Of a stretch of DNA of 64,000 nt, positions 52,277 to 61,696 are shown in pieces. Made by a program: the position numbers and the translations under genes. The stretch covers positions 192,001 through 256,000 of the forward strand of contig JAZDKB010000019.1 in the NCBI GenBank assembly GCA_043803405.1. Reading direction: 5' to 3'. How positions within the stretch are numbered: position 1 is the stretch's first letter; each line of letters begins with the position of its first letter. This DNA comes from Spirochaetota bacterium. Lineage in GTDB: Bacteria > Spirochaetota > UBA4802 > JAFGDQ01. Below the pieces are notes generated by a model. The model ran no database searches. It was not told where the DNA came from and worked only from the letters and a program-made list of their open reading frames with translations.

Positions 52277-52725
52277 GCTCCTGCCCCCTTCCCGGACATG
52301 TCAAAGCCGTTAATTCTTAATATTTCCTTTACCTGTTGATAAGTTTGTAAAATAATTTGAGGACAGCGTTCTTTCTTTTTAGTAAGATCGCCGCCGTATA
52401 TGATACTGCAATCAATTCCGCCGTATATTGGCGAATATTTTGCTACAAACCATTCGACAAGGTCTAGTATCATTTTTCTGAGCCGCTCGTCTTCAACCTC
52501 TTCGGCTGTACCTCTGCTCGCATAAAGAGAGAGCAGACAAGCTCCTCCTGTGAGTGAGCCGCAATTCTTTCCGCAGAATCCTATGCCACCGGCAAGACCT
52601 GCCATAGAGCGTATAAGATCCGGATTGGTTTTCCCCTGAGCTTTTAGACCCATCATTAATAAAATCTGACTGCAGTAAAAGCCCTGTTGCGATAGTTCCA
52701 TCATTTGGAAAATTTCATCATTCAT
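52273..52725 (-). CDS. C-GCAxxG-C-C family redox protein (DVU_1555-like)
   Basis: GFYCSQ, GLAGG, CGSLTGG, IDC, RC; ATG at 52725. Confidence 0.85.
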   Translation of the reverse strand: MNDEIFQMMELSQQGFYCSQILLMMGLKAQGKTNPDLIRSMAGLAGGIGFCGKNCGSLTGGACLLSLYASRGTAEEVEDERLRKMILDLVEWFVAKYSPIYGGIDCSIIYGGDLTKKKERCPQIILQTYQQVKEILRINGFDMSGKGAGA

Positions 52726-53476
52726 GACAGACCCCCATTGAATTTTTTTCAGCAATCAGCCAATAATATCCAATCCTGGCTTTTATAATTGTATCCCATA
52801 TAAACAGCCGGTTTTCTTCAGTACATGATATTAAGTTCCAGTACGGTTTTATTGAGCCGCAGTCCATTATCAAGCGTGCAGTAAAATCTTTTAATAAAAC
52901 CGACTGATCTTCCATCTTTAGTATGATAAAACCATTATCCCTAAGTTTTTGCTTCAGTTCATTAAAAGTCAGTGCGCCTGAAATACATCCGGAGCATTTA
53001 ATCCTGCGAAGTGCTGCAGCGCCTTCCTGATTGCGGATATAGACATCGGATATGCAAAGTTTTCCTTTTGGTATAAGTATCCTGTTTATTTCTGCGAGTG
53101 TCCTGTCTGAATATTGCATCACCGATAAACTGCATTCAGATATTACTCCGTCAGCCGTTTCTGCAGCAAAAGGTAATAGTTCGCTTTCTGCCTGAATCAG
53201 GTTCAGGTTCTGCAATCGTTCTTTCCCCTGACCAAGAAGAACAGCCGAAAGGTCGATTCCTGCCGTTTGTAATCTATACTGGTCCCGAAGGTATTCAACC
53301 GTCATTCCATTACCGCACCCGATGTCTATCACTATCGATCCTTCATTAAAAGCACAGGCATCTGCAAAACGCTTTGTCAATGAAAGCCCGCCTATACGAA
53401 ACAGACCGTCAGTCATTTTTGCAGGAAAACCGCTTTCGTAAATTTCAGTGCAATATAAAGAATTAATATTATTCAT
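52718..53476 (-). CDS. Class I SAM methyltransferase (DVU_1556-like)
   Basis: GGLSLT, IDIGCGNG, LPF, SECSLS, SDVY, GCISGA, GYY.LIA.K. Confidence 0.85.
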   Translation of the reverse strand: MNNINSLYCTEIYESGFPAKMTDGLFRIGGLSLTKRFADACAFNEGSIVIDIGCGNGMTVEYLRDQYRLQTAGIDLSAVLLGQGKERLQNLNLIQAESELLPFAAETADGVISECSLSVMQYSDRTLAEINRILIPKGKLCISDVYIRNQEGAAALRRIKCSGCISGALTFNELKQKLRDNGFIILKMEDQSVLLKDFTARLIMDCGSIKPYWNLISCTEENRLFIWDTIIKARIGYYWLIAEKNSMGVCHE

Positions 53477-53683
53477 TTATTTATCTTCCAGCATCTTTTC
53501 AACCTGCTGCATTTTGCCTGTTGCAAGGCTTTCCGGTATAAAAACAAGGCCGCATTGAGAACATTTGTAAAGCTCAACCGGAAAACTGTTCTCCAGATAT
53601 TCCAGTGTTACGTTGCCAGGCGTAAGGTTTATACCGCATTTTGAACAAAGTATATTTACTTGCATTGTTGTCTCTTCGCTCAT
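53477..53683 (-). CDS. Small CxxC...CxxC protein (DVU_1557-like)
   Basis: CSKC, CSQCG.VFI.E.LA.GKM..VE..LEDK; coupled to neighbouring genes. Confidence 0.8.
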   Translation of the reverse strand: MSEETTMQVNILCSKCGINLTPGNVTLEYLENSFPVELYKCSQCGLVFIPESLATGKMQQVEKMLEDK

Positions 53684-53697
53684 ATATTTCTCTGCTG

Positions 53698-56028
53698 TTA
53701 TTTAATCTGCAATCTGTGACAGTAACTATTATGGATAAGGAATTCACTGCCGTGCGGGGAATATTCCACCCAGTACGTAACATTAGCCGGTTTATAATAT
53801 GCAATATAATGGCCATTATCGCCATTCTGTAATTTGCTGCCTGTGCTTTCCGCATAAGCAATAACCTGTATGATATCGGTATCAAGTATCATCCTGTCCT
53901 CGATGATTTGTCTTACGTTTTCCGGAATAATCAATTTTACTTCAGCCTGATGTTCCTCCATAGTTTCGCCCCAAATCTCCTTCAATAATGATCTCTTTAG
54001 TCTTGCTCTGTTTTCCTGACGCTGCGAGTATCCCGGTCCTTTTTTATCTGCTAAATGCTGTTTGTCATTTCCATAGATCAGATCCAGCAGATGGTAGGCG
54101 CGTTTACCCAGAGATGCGAAGTTGTCCCTGCACATAGCGCAATAAGTCAGATAATCAGCCGGGCTTTCTTTGATTCGCCTATCTATCTCTTTATGTGCTA
54201 CTTCCCTGTTGGCAAAAATCATCAGGCCGCCGTAACCGCAGCATATAGTTTTTTCGCGCGTGCGGGGAAGCTCTTCAATTTTGTGGCCAAGCCTTGTCAG
54301 AATATTCCGGATGCTGTTATGCAACTCTGTTTCATATCTTGTTGCGCAGCTGTCATGAACAGCAAGTGTCTGTTGAGGTATACCGGAACCGGCATTATCC
54401 GGCAAACCGGTCCGCTCAAGCAATGTCCATATCATTTCAGTTTTAGCCTCAGACATATAGCGGTTAAAAACGCGGAAGCAGCTCGGACAGGCTGTAATTA
54501 TTTTAGGGCTGCCTAAATCCCGCCAGTTTTGCGTGATGGTCTGCATTGTTGTCTCAGTTAACTCTTCCTGACCTGCCCAGTCAGCAGGCGCTCCGCAGCA
54601 TCCCAGCATAAGGCCTACACCGCCGTCTGTTTTTTTACAGAGAAATTCATATATCAGTTTTACGTATTGCGGTGCAGAGGCTGCCAGCTGGCATCCCGGG
54701 AAGAACACAATATTGCTGACTTTATGTTCAGGCTGATGCCTGCTCAGCATGAACTGATCGCTGTTGCTGAAGCGCATATCGCGCAGGGCGAACTCATGTA
54801 CGGAGGGCGGCATCTTTCCATTTTTTACCATAGTCTGCCGTGCTTCAATACATACTTCCGCCATATCTAATTCATTTGGACAAAGCTCTCCGCACAGGCC
54901 GCATAAACTGCATGAGTTTATCATTTGATTTGAATGACGCATTCCCATTACAATCGACAGGTTGTTGTATATTTCGCGCACATACCGTTTGGGATAAGAA
55001 CCATAATGCGCCAGATATTCACATTTTTTTACGCACTCAAGGCATTCGCAGAGCAGGCATCGTCCGGCTTCTTTACATGCCTCGTCTTCCGTGTAGCCTT
55101 TTGCCGGATCGGAAACAGGTGTAGCGGGCTGTACAGGAATTCCATTTGTATTTGTGTAAAGAGAAGTTGTGAACGGTCCTTCTTTTTCTCTGCTGGCGGA
55201 TATTGATACACTCTGACACAAGCGGTCAATCGATATAGCAGCAATCCTGCCGTCTGAGATTGAAGCGATCGGTGAACGGTGTTCTGCTCCCATACGAAAA
55301 CTTCCGCCTGCAAACACCTTCGGATGACTTGTAGCCAATGTCAAAGGATCGATGGCTATATTTCCGTTAGCATCGAAGATTAATCCAAAATCCTTCGGGT
55401 CTGCATCCCTGCAACCGACTCCAAGATAAACAGCATTATATTCTGCACAGAGTCGATCAAGTGAGAATGCTGCACCGGAGCGATTGCTGATTGTAGCATT
55501 AAATTTAAACTCAACCGGCAGATCGCTAAAGACAGCGAAATCTTTTTCTATTAAATCCTTTGGCAGTTTGCTTTGAGGAATATCCAGAATACTGCCACCC
55601 GGACGGTTATTCGCTTCAAAGACAGTTGTTTTATAGCCTTTCCGTGCGAGATCAAAAGCAGCAGTTAAACCGCTTAGTCCGGCTCCTATAATTGCAATTT
55701 TTTTATCTTTAAGCTGCGGTATCACGCCCGGAGATGCGGGTTTGTTGTTATTATCTGTGCAAAATCTTTCCAAAGCATGAATAGAAACAGGCTCATCGAT
55801 TTCTATCCGTTTGCATACCTGCTGGCAGGGATGATCGCAGATGCGGCTGATAATCCCGGGGAATGGCACCTTTTTATTAAATAAAACAAATCCGGCAGAA
55901 TAATCGTTCTTCCTTAGGGCGGCTATCATGCCCCTTACATCTACATGCACCGGGCACCCTGCTGTGCAACCAGGCGGATTCTCCTGTATGCACATGGCTT
56001 CCCTTTCATGTAATATTTTTTGTTCCAT
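53698..56028 (-). CDS. Flavin/NAD oxidoreductase fused to dicluster and CCG domains
   Basis: GltD-like C...CP, RICDHPC, IIGAGLSGL; CLLCECLEC, CSLCGLC..CP; FFPGC, CCG, TACPSC, HDSC, CCG.GG, YCAMC. Confidence 0.85.
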   Translation of the reverse strand: MEQKILHEREAMCIQENPPGCTAGCPVHVDVRGMIAALRKNDYSAGFVLFNKKVPFPGIISRICDHPCQQVCKRIEIDEPVSIHALERFCTDNNNKPASPGVIPQLKDKKIAIIGAGLSGLTAAFDLARKGYKTTVFEANNRPGGSILDIPQSKLPKDLIEKDFAVFSDLPVEFKFNATISNRSGAAFSLDRLCAEYNAVYLGVGCRDADPKDFGLIFDANGNIAIDPLTLATSHPKVFAGGSFRMGAEHRSPIASISDGRIAAISIDRLCQSVSISASREKEGPFTTSLYTNTNGIPVQPATPVSDPAKGYTEDEACKEAGRCLLCECLECVKKCEYLAHYGSYPKRYVREIYNNLSIVMGMRHSNQMINSCSLCGLCGELCPNELDMAEVCIEARQTMVKNGKMPPSVHEFALRDMRFSNSDQFMLSRHQPEHKVSNIVFFPGCQLAASAPQYVKLIYEFLCKKTDGGVGLMLGCCGAPADWAGQEELTETTMQTITQNWRDLGSPKIITACPSCFRVFNRYMSEAKTEMIWTLLERTGLPDNAGSGIPQQTLAVHDSCATRYETELHNSIRNILTRLGHKIEELPRTREKTICCGYGGLMIFANREVAHKEIDRRIKESPADYLTYCAMCRDNFASLGKRAYHLLDLIYGNDKQHLADKKGPGYSQRQENRARLKRSLLKEIWGETMEEHQAEVKLIIPENVRQIIEDRMILDTDIIQVIAYAESTGSKLQNGDNGHYIAYYKPANVTYWVEYSPHGSEFLIHNSYCHRLQIK

Positions 56029-56089
56029 ATCTTTAGACAATTATTTTTAAACATCAGGATTTCATTAAAGCAACCTGTAATTAACAGAA

Positions 56090-56109
56090 AGCCGGCTAAA
56101 TTGCCGGCT
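56090..56109 (-). terminator. Hairpin after the aldehyde oxidoreductase gene (partial terminator or stabiliser)
   Basis: AGCCGGC-6 nt-GCCGGCT followed by TTC on the minus strand. Confidence 0.5.
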
Positions 56110-56150
56110 CTCAAGTACATTCCATGTAAATTATTTATCCATGGCTGTAA

Positions 56151-58877
56151 CTATTTTTTTTTGCCCAGAGCGCTTTTTATCTTTTCAGGCAATGCCGGCA
56201 CTGCATATATCCTTGCTCCGCATGCATTATAAATAGCATTAAGAATAGCAGGATGCGGGGCAGTCAGCGGTGCTTCTCCTACGCCTGCAGCGCCGTGAGG
56301 GCCAAGAGGCCGCGGAGTTACATTATAAATAATCTCAATATCATCCGGTATATCCTGAATAAACGGCAGGCCGCATGCTACCAGATTAGTATGTTTTTTC
56401 AGATCTTCGAAATCTTCAGTCAGCGCAAGGCCGATACCCTGTGCAAGACCACCGTAAATCTGTCCGTCTGTAACAGACCGATTGGTGATCGTGCCTATAT
56501 CGGCGATTGTGGTAAATTTTACGACCTTTGCCTTTCCGGTATTAATGTCTACTTCTACTTCAGGCATAAATAGTTCATACATATATATAGGGAATGGATT
56601 GCCCTTGCCTGTAACAGGGTCGCATGCAGAACAGTCGGATGCAGTCCATGCTCCATCATAGTGCAATGGAATTTTTTCAGCAACCATTTCATCGAATGTA
56701 CGGTATTTGCCGTCTTTTTTCTTCATGGCATTCATAAGCATTTCGCAGGCTACCCTGATTGAATTTCCGGTAAAAGTGTTATTGCGGCTTCCGCCCGAAG
56801 GACCGCTGTTTGGGGTCAGGGCAGTATCATTCATGAGAAGTTTTATCTGTTCGGGTTTGATGCCCATAGGACGGAGAGTTTCATGAGCATGAGCTAATGC
56901 TCCCATATCCGCTCCCTGGCCGTGATCTTCCCATGAGGTCGCGACTGTTACGCCGTCTTTTGTAAGCTCAACCCATGCCTGTGAACTGTCCGGGCCGTCA
57001 AGACCGCATCCGTAAATTCCGAGTGAAAAACCGACCCCACGTTTCCTGTCAGCTGTGGAAAGTTCCTTGCACCGTTTCTTGGCTTGTTCCCATAGCGGGC
57101 GCATCTTTTTAAACATTTCCTCCAGACAGAATACATCAGGTGTCTGCTGTGTCGGAGTTGTTGCGCCCTGCCTGTAAATATTCTTAAACCTGAATTCAAA
57201 CGGATCCATGCCGAGTTTTTCAGCCAGTTCATCCATTGCAATCTCGGACGCCAGGAAGGATTGCGGCGAGCCATAAGCCCTGAACGCAGATCCCCACGCG
57301 TGGTTTGTGCATACAGTACGGCCTTTTCCGCGTATGTTTGCAATATCGTAACCTGCGCCTATATATTGAGCCTGTCTGACAGTGAGTAAGTCCCCGAACT
57401 CCGAGTACGGGCCGTGATCTATAAACCAGTCGCTTTCCATGGCAATCAATTTGCCGCTCTTGTCTGCAGCCATTTTGCATTTGACGAATCCCGGCGAACG
57501 TTTCCCGGTATAAGTGATCTGCTGGTACATGTCAAAAGCAAGCGAAACCGGTTTGCCTGTGGCCATGCATGCAACGCCAAGCAGGGCTTCTATTGTAGGG
57601 CTGAACTTATAACCGAATGTTCCGCCTGCGGGATTCTGCACAATGCGGAGTTTCTCGGGTTCAATGCCGAGGCCGGGGCAAATCATGCCATGATGCAGAT
57701 GTATCCCTATGCTTTTTGAATGGATTGTAAGCCGGCCTTCGTCATCAAAATATGCGTTTCCGCAATCCGGCTCAAGAACGAGATGCGGCTGCCTGCTGCA
57801 GTATGTATTGACTTCAACAGTAACAACATCAGGGTTGCTCATGATCGGGTTGGTTTCCCCGCCCTTAACAACGCCCTGTTCATAATAAATGTTTGGGGTT
57901 CCGGGATGTATTTCGATCGCATCATCAGCCATTGCTGCTGGGGCGCTCATATAAGCCGGGAGAATTTCCAGGGCTACCTTTACTTTTTTTGCAGCAGCCT
58001 TCGCATGCTCAACCGTATCTGCACAGACTATAGCTATCGCATCGCCAAACTGAAAAACTTTTGTATCGCACAGAATCGGCCGGTCCCATCCGTCGCCTTT
58101 GTTTGTGGGGAAGGTGATGAGGCCGGTTATACGGTTCTTTCCTTTTACATCCTTGTGCGTTACTACTTTGTAAACTCCCGGCATCTTCTCGGCTTCTGAT
58201 ATATCTATATTTTTAATATTTGCGTGGGAAACTTCAGCCTGTACCAGTGCCAGTCTTAGCGTATCATGAGGCATTTGCAGCGCTACATCCGCGCCGTAAT
58301 CCCATGTGCCTGTAACCTTTTGCAAAGCAGAAGGACGGGGATAAGTTGTCCCATATATTTTATTGTCCTTTGGTTTAAATATTAAGTCTTCTTTTTTCAT
58401 TTCGCCGCGCATTACTTTTGCGGCATCCATTACAGCATCTACTATCGGTTTATATCCTGTGCAGCGGCATGCATTGCGGTGCTTCTGGAACCAGTCGCGG
58501 ACATCCTCTCTTGCAGGTTTTTTATTTTTATCCAGCAGGCACTTGCTGGACATAATAAAGCCGGTTGTGCAGAAACCGCACTGTGCCGCCCCGTGAGCCA
58601 TCCATGCAGCCTGAATCGGATGAAGATTGTCCGGAGTGCCAATTCCTTCAATTGTGAATATTTTGGCATAGTTTTCAACTTTTTTCATTTTAACAATACA
58701 TGACCGCACTAATTCACCATCCATTATAATTGAACAGGACCCGCATTGTCCCTGGTCACAGCTGACTTTACATCCGGTCAGCAGGAGTTGTTCCCTAAGA
58801 ACGCTTGCAAGACTCGCTTCAGGATCAACAATCATAGTCCTGGGCAGTCCGTTAATGTTTAAGATTTTCTTTTGCAT
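56151..58877 (-). CDS. mop: Molybdopterin-dependent aldehyde oxidoreductase (Desulfovibrio Mop-type: 2x[2Fe-2S] plus Moco domain)
   Basis: TGCK..C..GQCGSC, QCGFCT, NACRCTGY, GGTFGYKF, AFRAYG, HGQG, GVGE; 908 aa without an FAD domain. Confidence 0.92.
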   Translation of the reverse strand: MQKKILNINGLPRTMIVDPEASLASVLREQLLLTGCKVSCDQGQCGSCSIIMDGELVRSCIVKMKKVENYAKIFTIEGIGTPDNLHPIQAAWMAHGAAQCGFCTTGFIMSSKCLLDKNKKPAREDVRDWFQKHRNACRCTGYKPIVDAVMDAAKVMRGEMKKEDLIFKPKDNKIYGTTYPRPSALQKVTGTWDYGADVALQMPHDTLRLALVQAEVSHANIKNIDISEAEKMPGVYKVVTHKDVKGKNRITGLITFPTNKGDGWDRPILCDTKVFQFGDAIAIVCADTVEHAKAAAKKVKVALEILPAYMSAPAAMADDAIEIHPGTPNIYYEQGVVKGGETNPIMSNPDVVTVEVNTYCSRQPHLVLEPDCGNAYFDDEGRLTIHSKSIGIHLHHGMICPGLGIEPEKLRIVQNPAGGTFGYKFSPTIEALLGVACMATGKPVSLAFDMYQQITYTGKRSPGFVKCKMAADKSGKLIAMESDWFIDHGPYSEFGDLLTVRQAQYIGAGYDIANIRGKGRTVCTNHAWGSAFRAYGSPQSFLASEIAMDELAEKLGMDPFEFRFKNIYRQGATTPTQQTPDVFCLEEMFKKMRPLWEQAKKRCKELSTADRKRGVGFSLGIYGCGLDGPDSSQAWVELTKDGVTVATSWEDHGQGADMGALAHAHETLRPMGIKPEQIKLLMNDTALTPNSGPSGGSRNNTFTGNSIRVACEMLMNAMKKKDGKYRTFDEMVAEKIPLHYDGAWTASDCSACDPVTGKGNPFPIYMYELFMPEVEVDINTGKAKVVKFTTIADIGTITNRSVTDGQIYGGLAQGIGLALTEDFEDLKKHTNLVACGLPFIQDIPDDIEIIYNVTPRPLGPHGAAGVGEAPLTAPHPAILNAIYNACGARIYAVPALPEKIKSALGKKK

Positions 58878-59255
58878 TTTGAAATCCCCCCTTTTTATTT
58901 TTATTCAAATAATGGTGAATCTCTGGATGGTATTTTTCTAGCGAAGGTCCCGAAAACGAAGTTTAATAAAATACCGGGAAAATAATTTTTTAATAATAAT
59001 TATAATATATTTATACAGGACTCTTCATATTAAATCAAGTATAAAACAGGAATTAAATCTAACCGGTAATTAAAAAAAATAGTTGATTTTTAAAATTTTA
59101 ACAATAAATTCAAAATAATGCGAGATCACATGTTTTTCTTTTCTATATTATATTTATAATTTTGCATTTAGCGGATTGAAATAAACATATTTTAAATATT
59201 AAACTCTATGGACAGCTCTGTAATGAAATACAAATAAAAAAAGGCGGCCAAGAGT

Positions 59256-60152
59256 ATGTTAACATCAGAATATGCCAATAAGTCAGCCGATATAAAGGTC
59301 ATGAATAACTTTGACCGGCATATCGAATTATCAGACGGTCTTGAGACTGATTATGTAAGACTGTTATACTATGAGTTTGATCATTATTATAAAGACTTTT
59401 ATAAATCCTACGAATACTACAGGCTGTGCACAATACTGAACGGCAGCAAACATATAGAAGTAAACAACAAGGAAAACTTTATTTATAATAAAGACGAGTA
59501 TGTAGTACTCCCGCCTCAGTCTGCGGTATCAATGGAAATTTCAGATCCCACCAGATGCCTTGTATTTGAAATCAGTGACATACTTCTTGACAGGATACGC
59601 AATAAGACAAACATGAAGGAGGAATTCGAATGCGATCCGCTGGGAAGAGATGTTCATCCGCTTTTTAAAGGCAACTCCGAACTGATTAAATCCGATGTTG
59701 AGAAAATTACATCTGCTGCAGTAAAAAAAACCGGGGACAGGGAATTCCTTATTGACCTTTATGCCCAGGAAATGATTTATAAACTTTTAAGCCGGATGAG
59801 CAGCAGCCTTGTAATTGAGAAAAAGATCAACAGCCCCATTTATAAAGCTATTGACCTGATGAAGAACGGAAGTATGCGGGAACTGGATTTGTCGGGAATT
59901 GCTCATTCGATTAATATGTCGCCGGCTCTCTTCTCAATGAAATTTAAAAGGATCACAGGGACTACGCCTCACGATTATTATACTAACATCAAACTCAATG
60001 AAGCAAAAAAATTGCTTAGAAACAAGTCGGTAACCGAAACAGCATTTGATCTTGGATATGATAATATCTCCAACTTTATAAGGCTTTTTGCAGATAAATT
60101 CGGCATAACCCCCAAGCAATACCAGAAGCAGTTCTTTAATGAGTCAGATTAA
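59256..60152 (+). CDS. AraC family transcriptional regulator
   Basis: C-terminal double HTH (IA..INMS..F..FK..G.TP; SVTETAFDLGY.N.S.F.R.F..FG.TP); divergent from mop. Confidence 0.92.
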   Translation: MLTSEYANKSADIKVMNNFDRHIELSDGLETDYVRLLYYEFDHYYKDFYKSYEYYRLCTILNGSKHIEVNNKENFIYNKDEYVVLPPQSAVSMEISDPTRCLVFEISDILLDRIRNKTNMKEEFECDPLGRDVHPLFKGNSELIKSDVEKITSAAVKKTGDREFLIDLYAQEMIYKLLSRMSSSLVIEKKINSPIYKAIDLMKNGSMRELDLSGIAHSINMSPALFSMKFKRITGTTPHDYYTNIKLNEAKKLLRNKSVTETAFDLGYDNISNFIRLFADKFGITPKQYQKQFFNESD

Positions 60153-60275
60153 CTTTTAATCAATTTAAGGTTTTTTTGATTTTTTTATAGAACGTAGTAA
60201 ACGGCCTCACAATTTTTTTACGCGGATAAATAGAAAAAGCTGCCATTTCTCATTCTCCTTTGAGCAAAAAATCCA

Positions 60276-60359
60276 TGCTACATTTTTGCTACATTTTGGA
60301 ATTTTGAGAAACGCCAGCTTTCCGGTAGTTTCCTGAAACCCTGTATTTTATAAGGGTTT
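60276..60359. repeat. Tandem and inverted repeats next to the tRNA 3' end (att-arm-like)
   Basis: TGCTACATTTT x2 at 60276-60297; AAACCCT-10 nt-AGGGTTT at 60336-60359. Confidence 0.5.
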
Positions 60360-60363
60360 TCTT

Positions 60364-60438
60364 CGGGGTGTGCGAGACTTGAACTCGTGACCTCCTGCGT
60401 GACAGGCAGGCGCTCTAACCAAACTGAGCTAACACCCC
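60364..60438 (-). tRNA. tRNA-Asp (GTC), CCA not encoded
   Basis: GGGGTGT/ACACCCC acceptor stem, GCTC/GAGC D stem, CCTGC-ctGTCac-GCAGG anticodon arm, TTCAAGT T loop, G discriminator. Confidence 0.95.
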
Positions 60439-60455
60439 ATATTTTTGTGTTTGAT

Positions 60456-60483
60456 ATACTAATTTTTCGCAGATTTGTGTCAA
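60456..60483 (-). promoter_or_regulatory. Putative sigma70 promoter for tRNA-Asp
   Basis: TTGACA-16 nt-TAGTAT on the minus strand, 17 nt upstream of the tRNA. Confidence 0.55.
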
Positions 60484-60679
60484 CTAAAAAACATGTATTT
60501 TTATTTTTAAAAAAATAGGACAATAATTTGTTGCAATTGGCAAATACAAAGCTTATTTTAAAAACAGAATATTATTACAATAAAAAATTTTTATTAATTC
60601 TATCAAGTTTGTAAAGCATTAACTGTTTTTGAGATATGTTGCAATAAATTTTCCAGTAATATGCTGTCAGAGAAATAAA

Positions 60680-61606
60680 ATGTCAAAGAAAATTGCCCAG
60701 GAAATTTTTGAGGAAATAAGGAAGAAGAATGAAAAGAGTGCAAGCGATTCCATTCCTCATTCTGATAACTTTTTGCGTTATTTAAATATCAGCATTGGCA
60801 TTGAACCTGATTTTGCAAAAAGGCTGGTCAAAGCGTTAATCAATTCACATAAAATATTCGCAATTGAGATAGCCGCTGAAGATAAGAAGAACGATATACC
60901 TCGTATTGAAGGTTATGTAGAGTGCGATCTTAAAACGATAAAACGCCTTAAAATATTTTTTCAGGATGATCTAATAAGGCAGTATGAATCCGAGCATTAC
61001 AACAGGCTCAGCTATCATCAATTAATCAAAGAGATTATGCCAATAATAAACACATTAAACAATACTCCTATGGGCCATGCTGCAAATAAAGCTATAATGA
61101 TGGGCGAACTGGAAAGATTGATGGAGAAAAATTTTGAGGAATATACCGAGAAATGGAAAGAATCGAACCTGGATATTGAGATCAACAAAGCTGTTGCAGG
61201 TAATGTAAGTGACAAACCGAAAAAAGAAAGAAAACAGGATGACAATGAAGATATTGCAGAAAACGAATCAGCTGGGGTTAAAAAAGCGGCAGGCATAAAA
61301 AATTATGCCGATGTCGTTTCAAAGAGCAAGAATTATCCCCTGGACAGAATATTGAAAATATACGGAATTGATTTCTTTTTAAGGGCTCAAATACGCCGTC
61401 ATCAATTTTCTTATTTAACTAAATTAGTTGAAAGCGGAAAGCTGTTAAAAAGTTCCGATCTTTTTTTATTAAAAGATTTACTTTTTGAAGTAAAGAAAGA
61501 TATAAATTCTGATCCTCAGCTTGCGGAGTTTCGCGAAGATGTTCACGGTCTTGAAAGGTCGATAACTCACAGGCTTTATTTCGGGCATAATTATGAGGCG
61601 CAATAG
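60680..61606 (+). CDS. Hypothetical protein
   Basis: Long ORF followed by a terminator; no motif recognised; likely ATG at 60680. Confidence 0.7.
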   Translation: MSKKIAQEIFEEIRKKNEKSASDSIPHSDNFLRYLNISIGIEPDFAKRLVKALINSHKIFAIEIAAEDKKNDIPRIEGYVECDLKTIKRLKIFFQDDLIRQYESEHYNRLSYHQLIKEIMPIINTLNNTPMGHAANKAIMMGELERLMEKNFEEYTEKWKESNLDIEINKAVAGNVSDKPKKERKQDDNEDIAENESAGVKKAAGIKNYADVVSKSKNYPLDRILKIYGIDFFLRAQIRRHQFSYLTKLVESGKLLKSSDLFLLKDLLFEVKKDINSDPQLAEFREDVHGLERSITHRLYFGHNYEAQ

Positions 61607-61642
61607 TGTGTATTGAGACAGTGAAATAGATATAGCCGTAAT

Positions 61643-61675
61643 AAAAAAATCCCGCGGAAGAGCCGCGGGATTTTT
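61643..61675. terminator. Bidirectional rho-independent terminator
   Basis: AAAAATCCCGCGG-aagag-CCGCGGGATTTTT between convergent genes. Confidence 0.85.
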
Positions 61676-61696
61676 GCATTTCATCTGTGAACCGTA

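Noticed and set aside
48422..58877. Selenocysteine recoding in the AOR locus
   Set aside because: All ORFs appear full length; the TGA stops overlap downstream start codons, as expected for translational coupling
58878..59000. Moco riboswitch upstream of mop
   Set aside because: Only a weak GGTATTTT/AAAATACC stem; no recognisable Moco motif features. An Rfam cmscan would settle it
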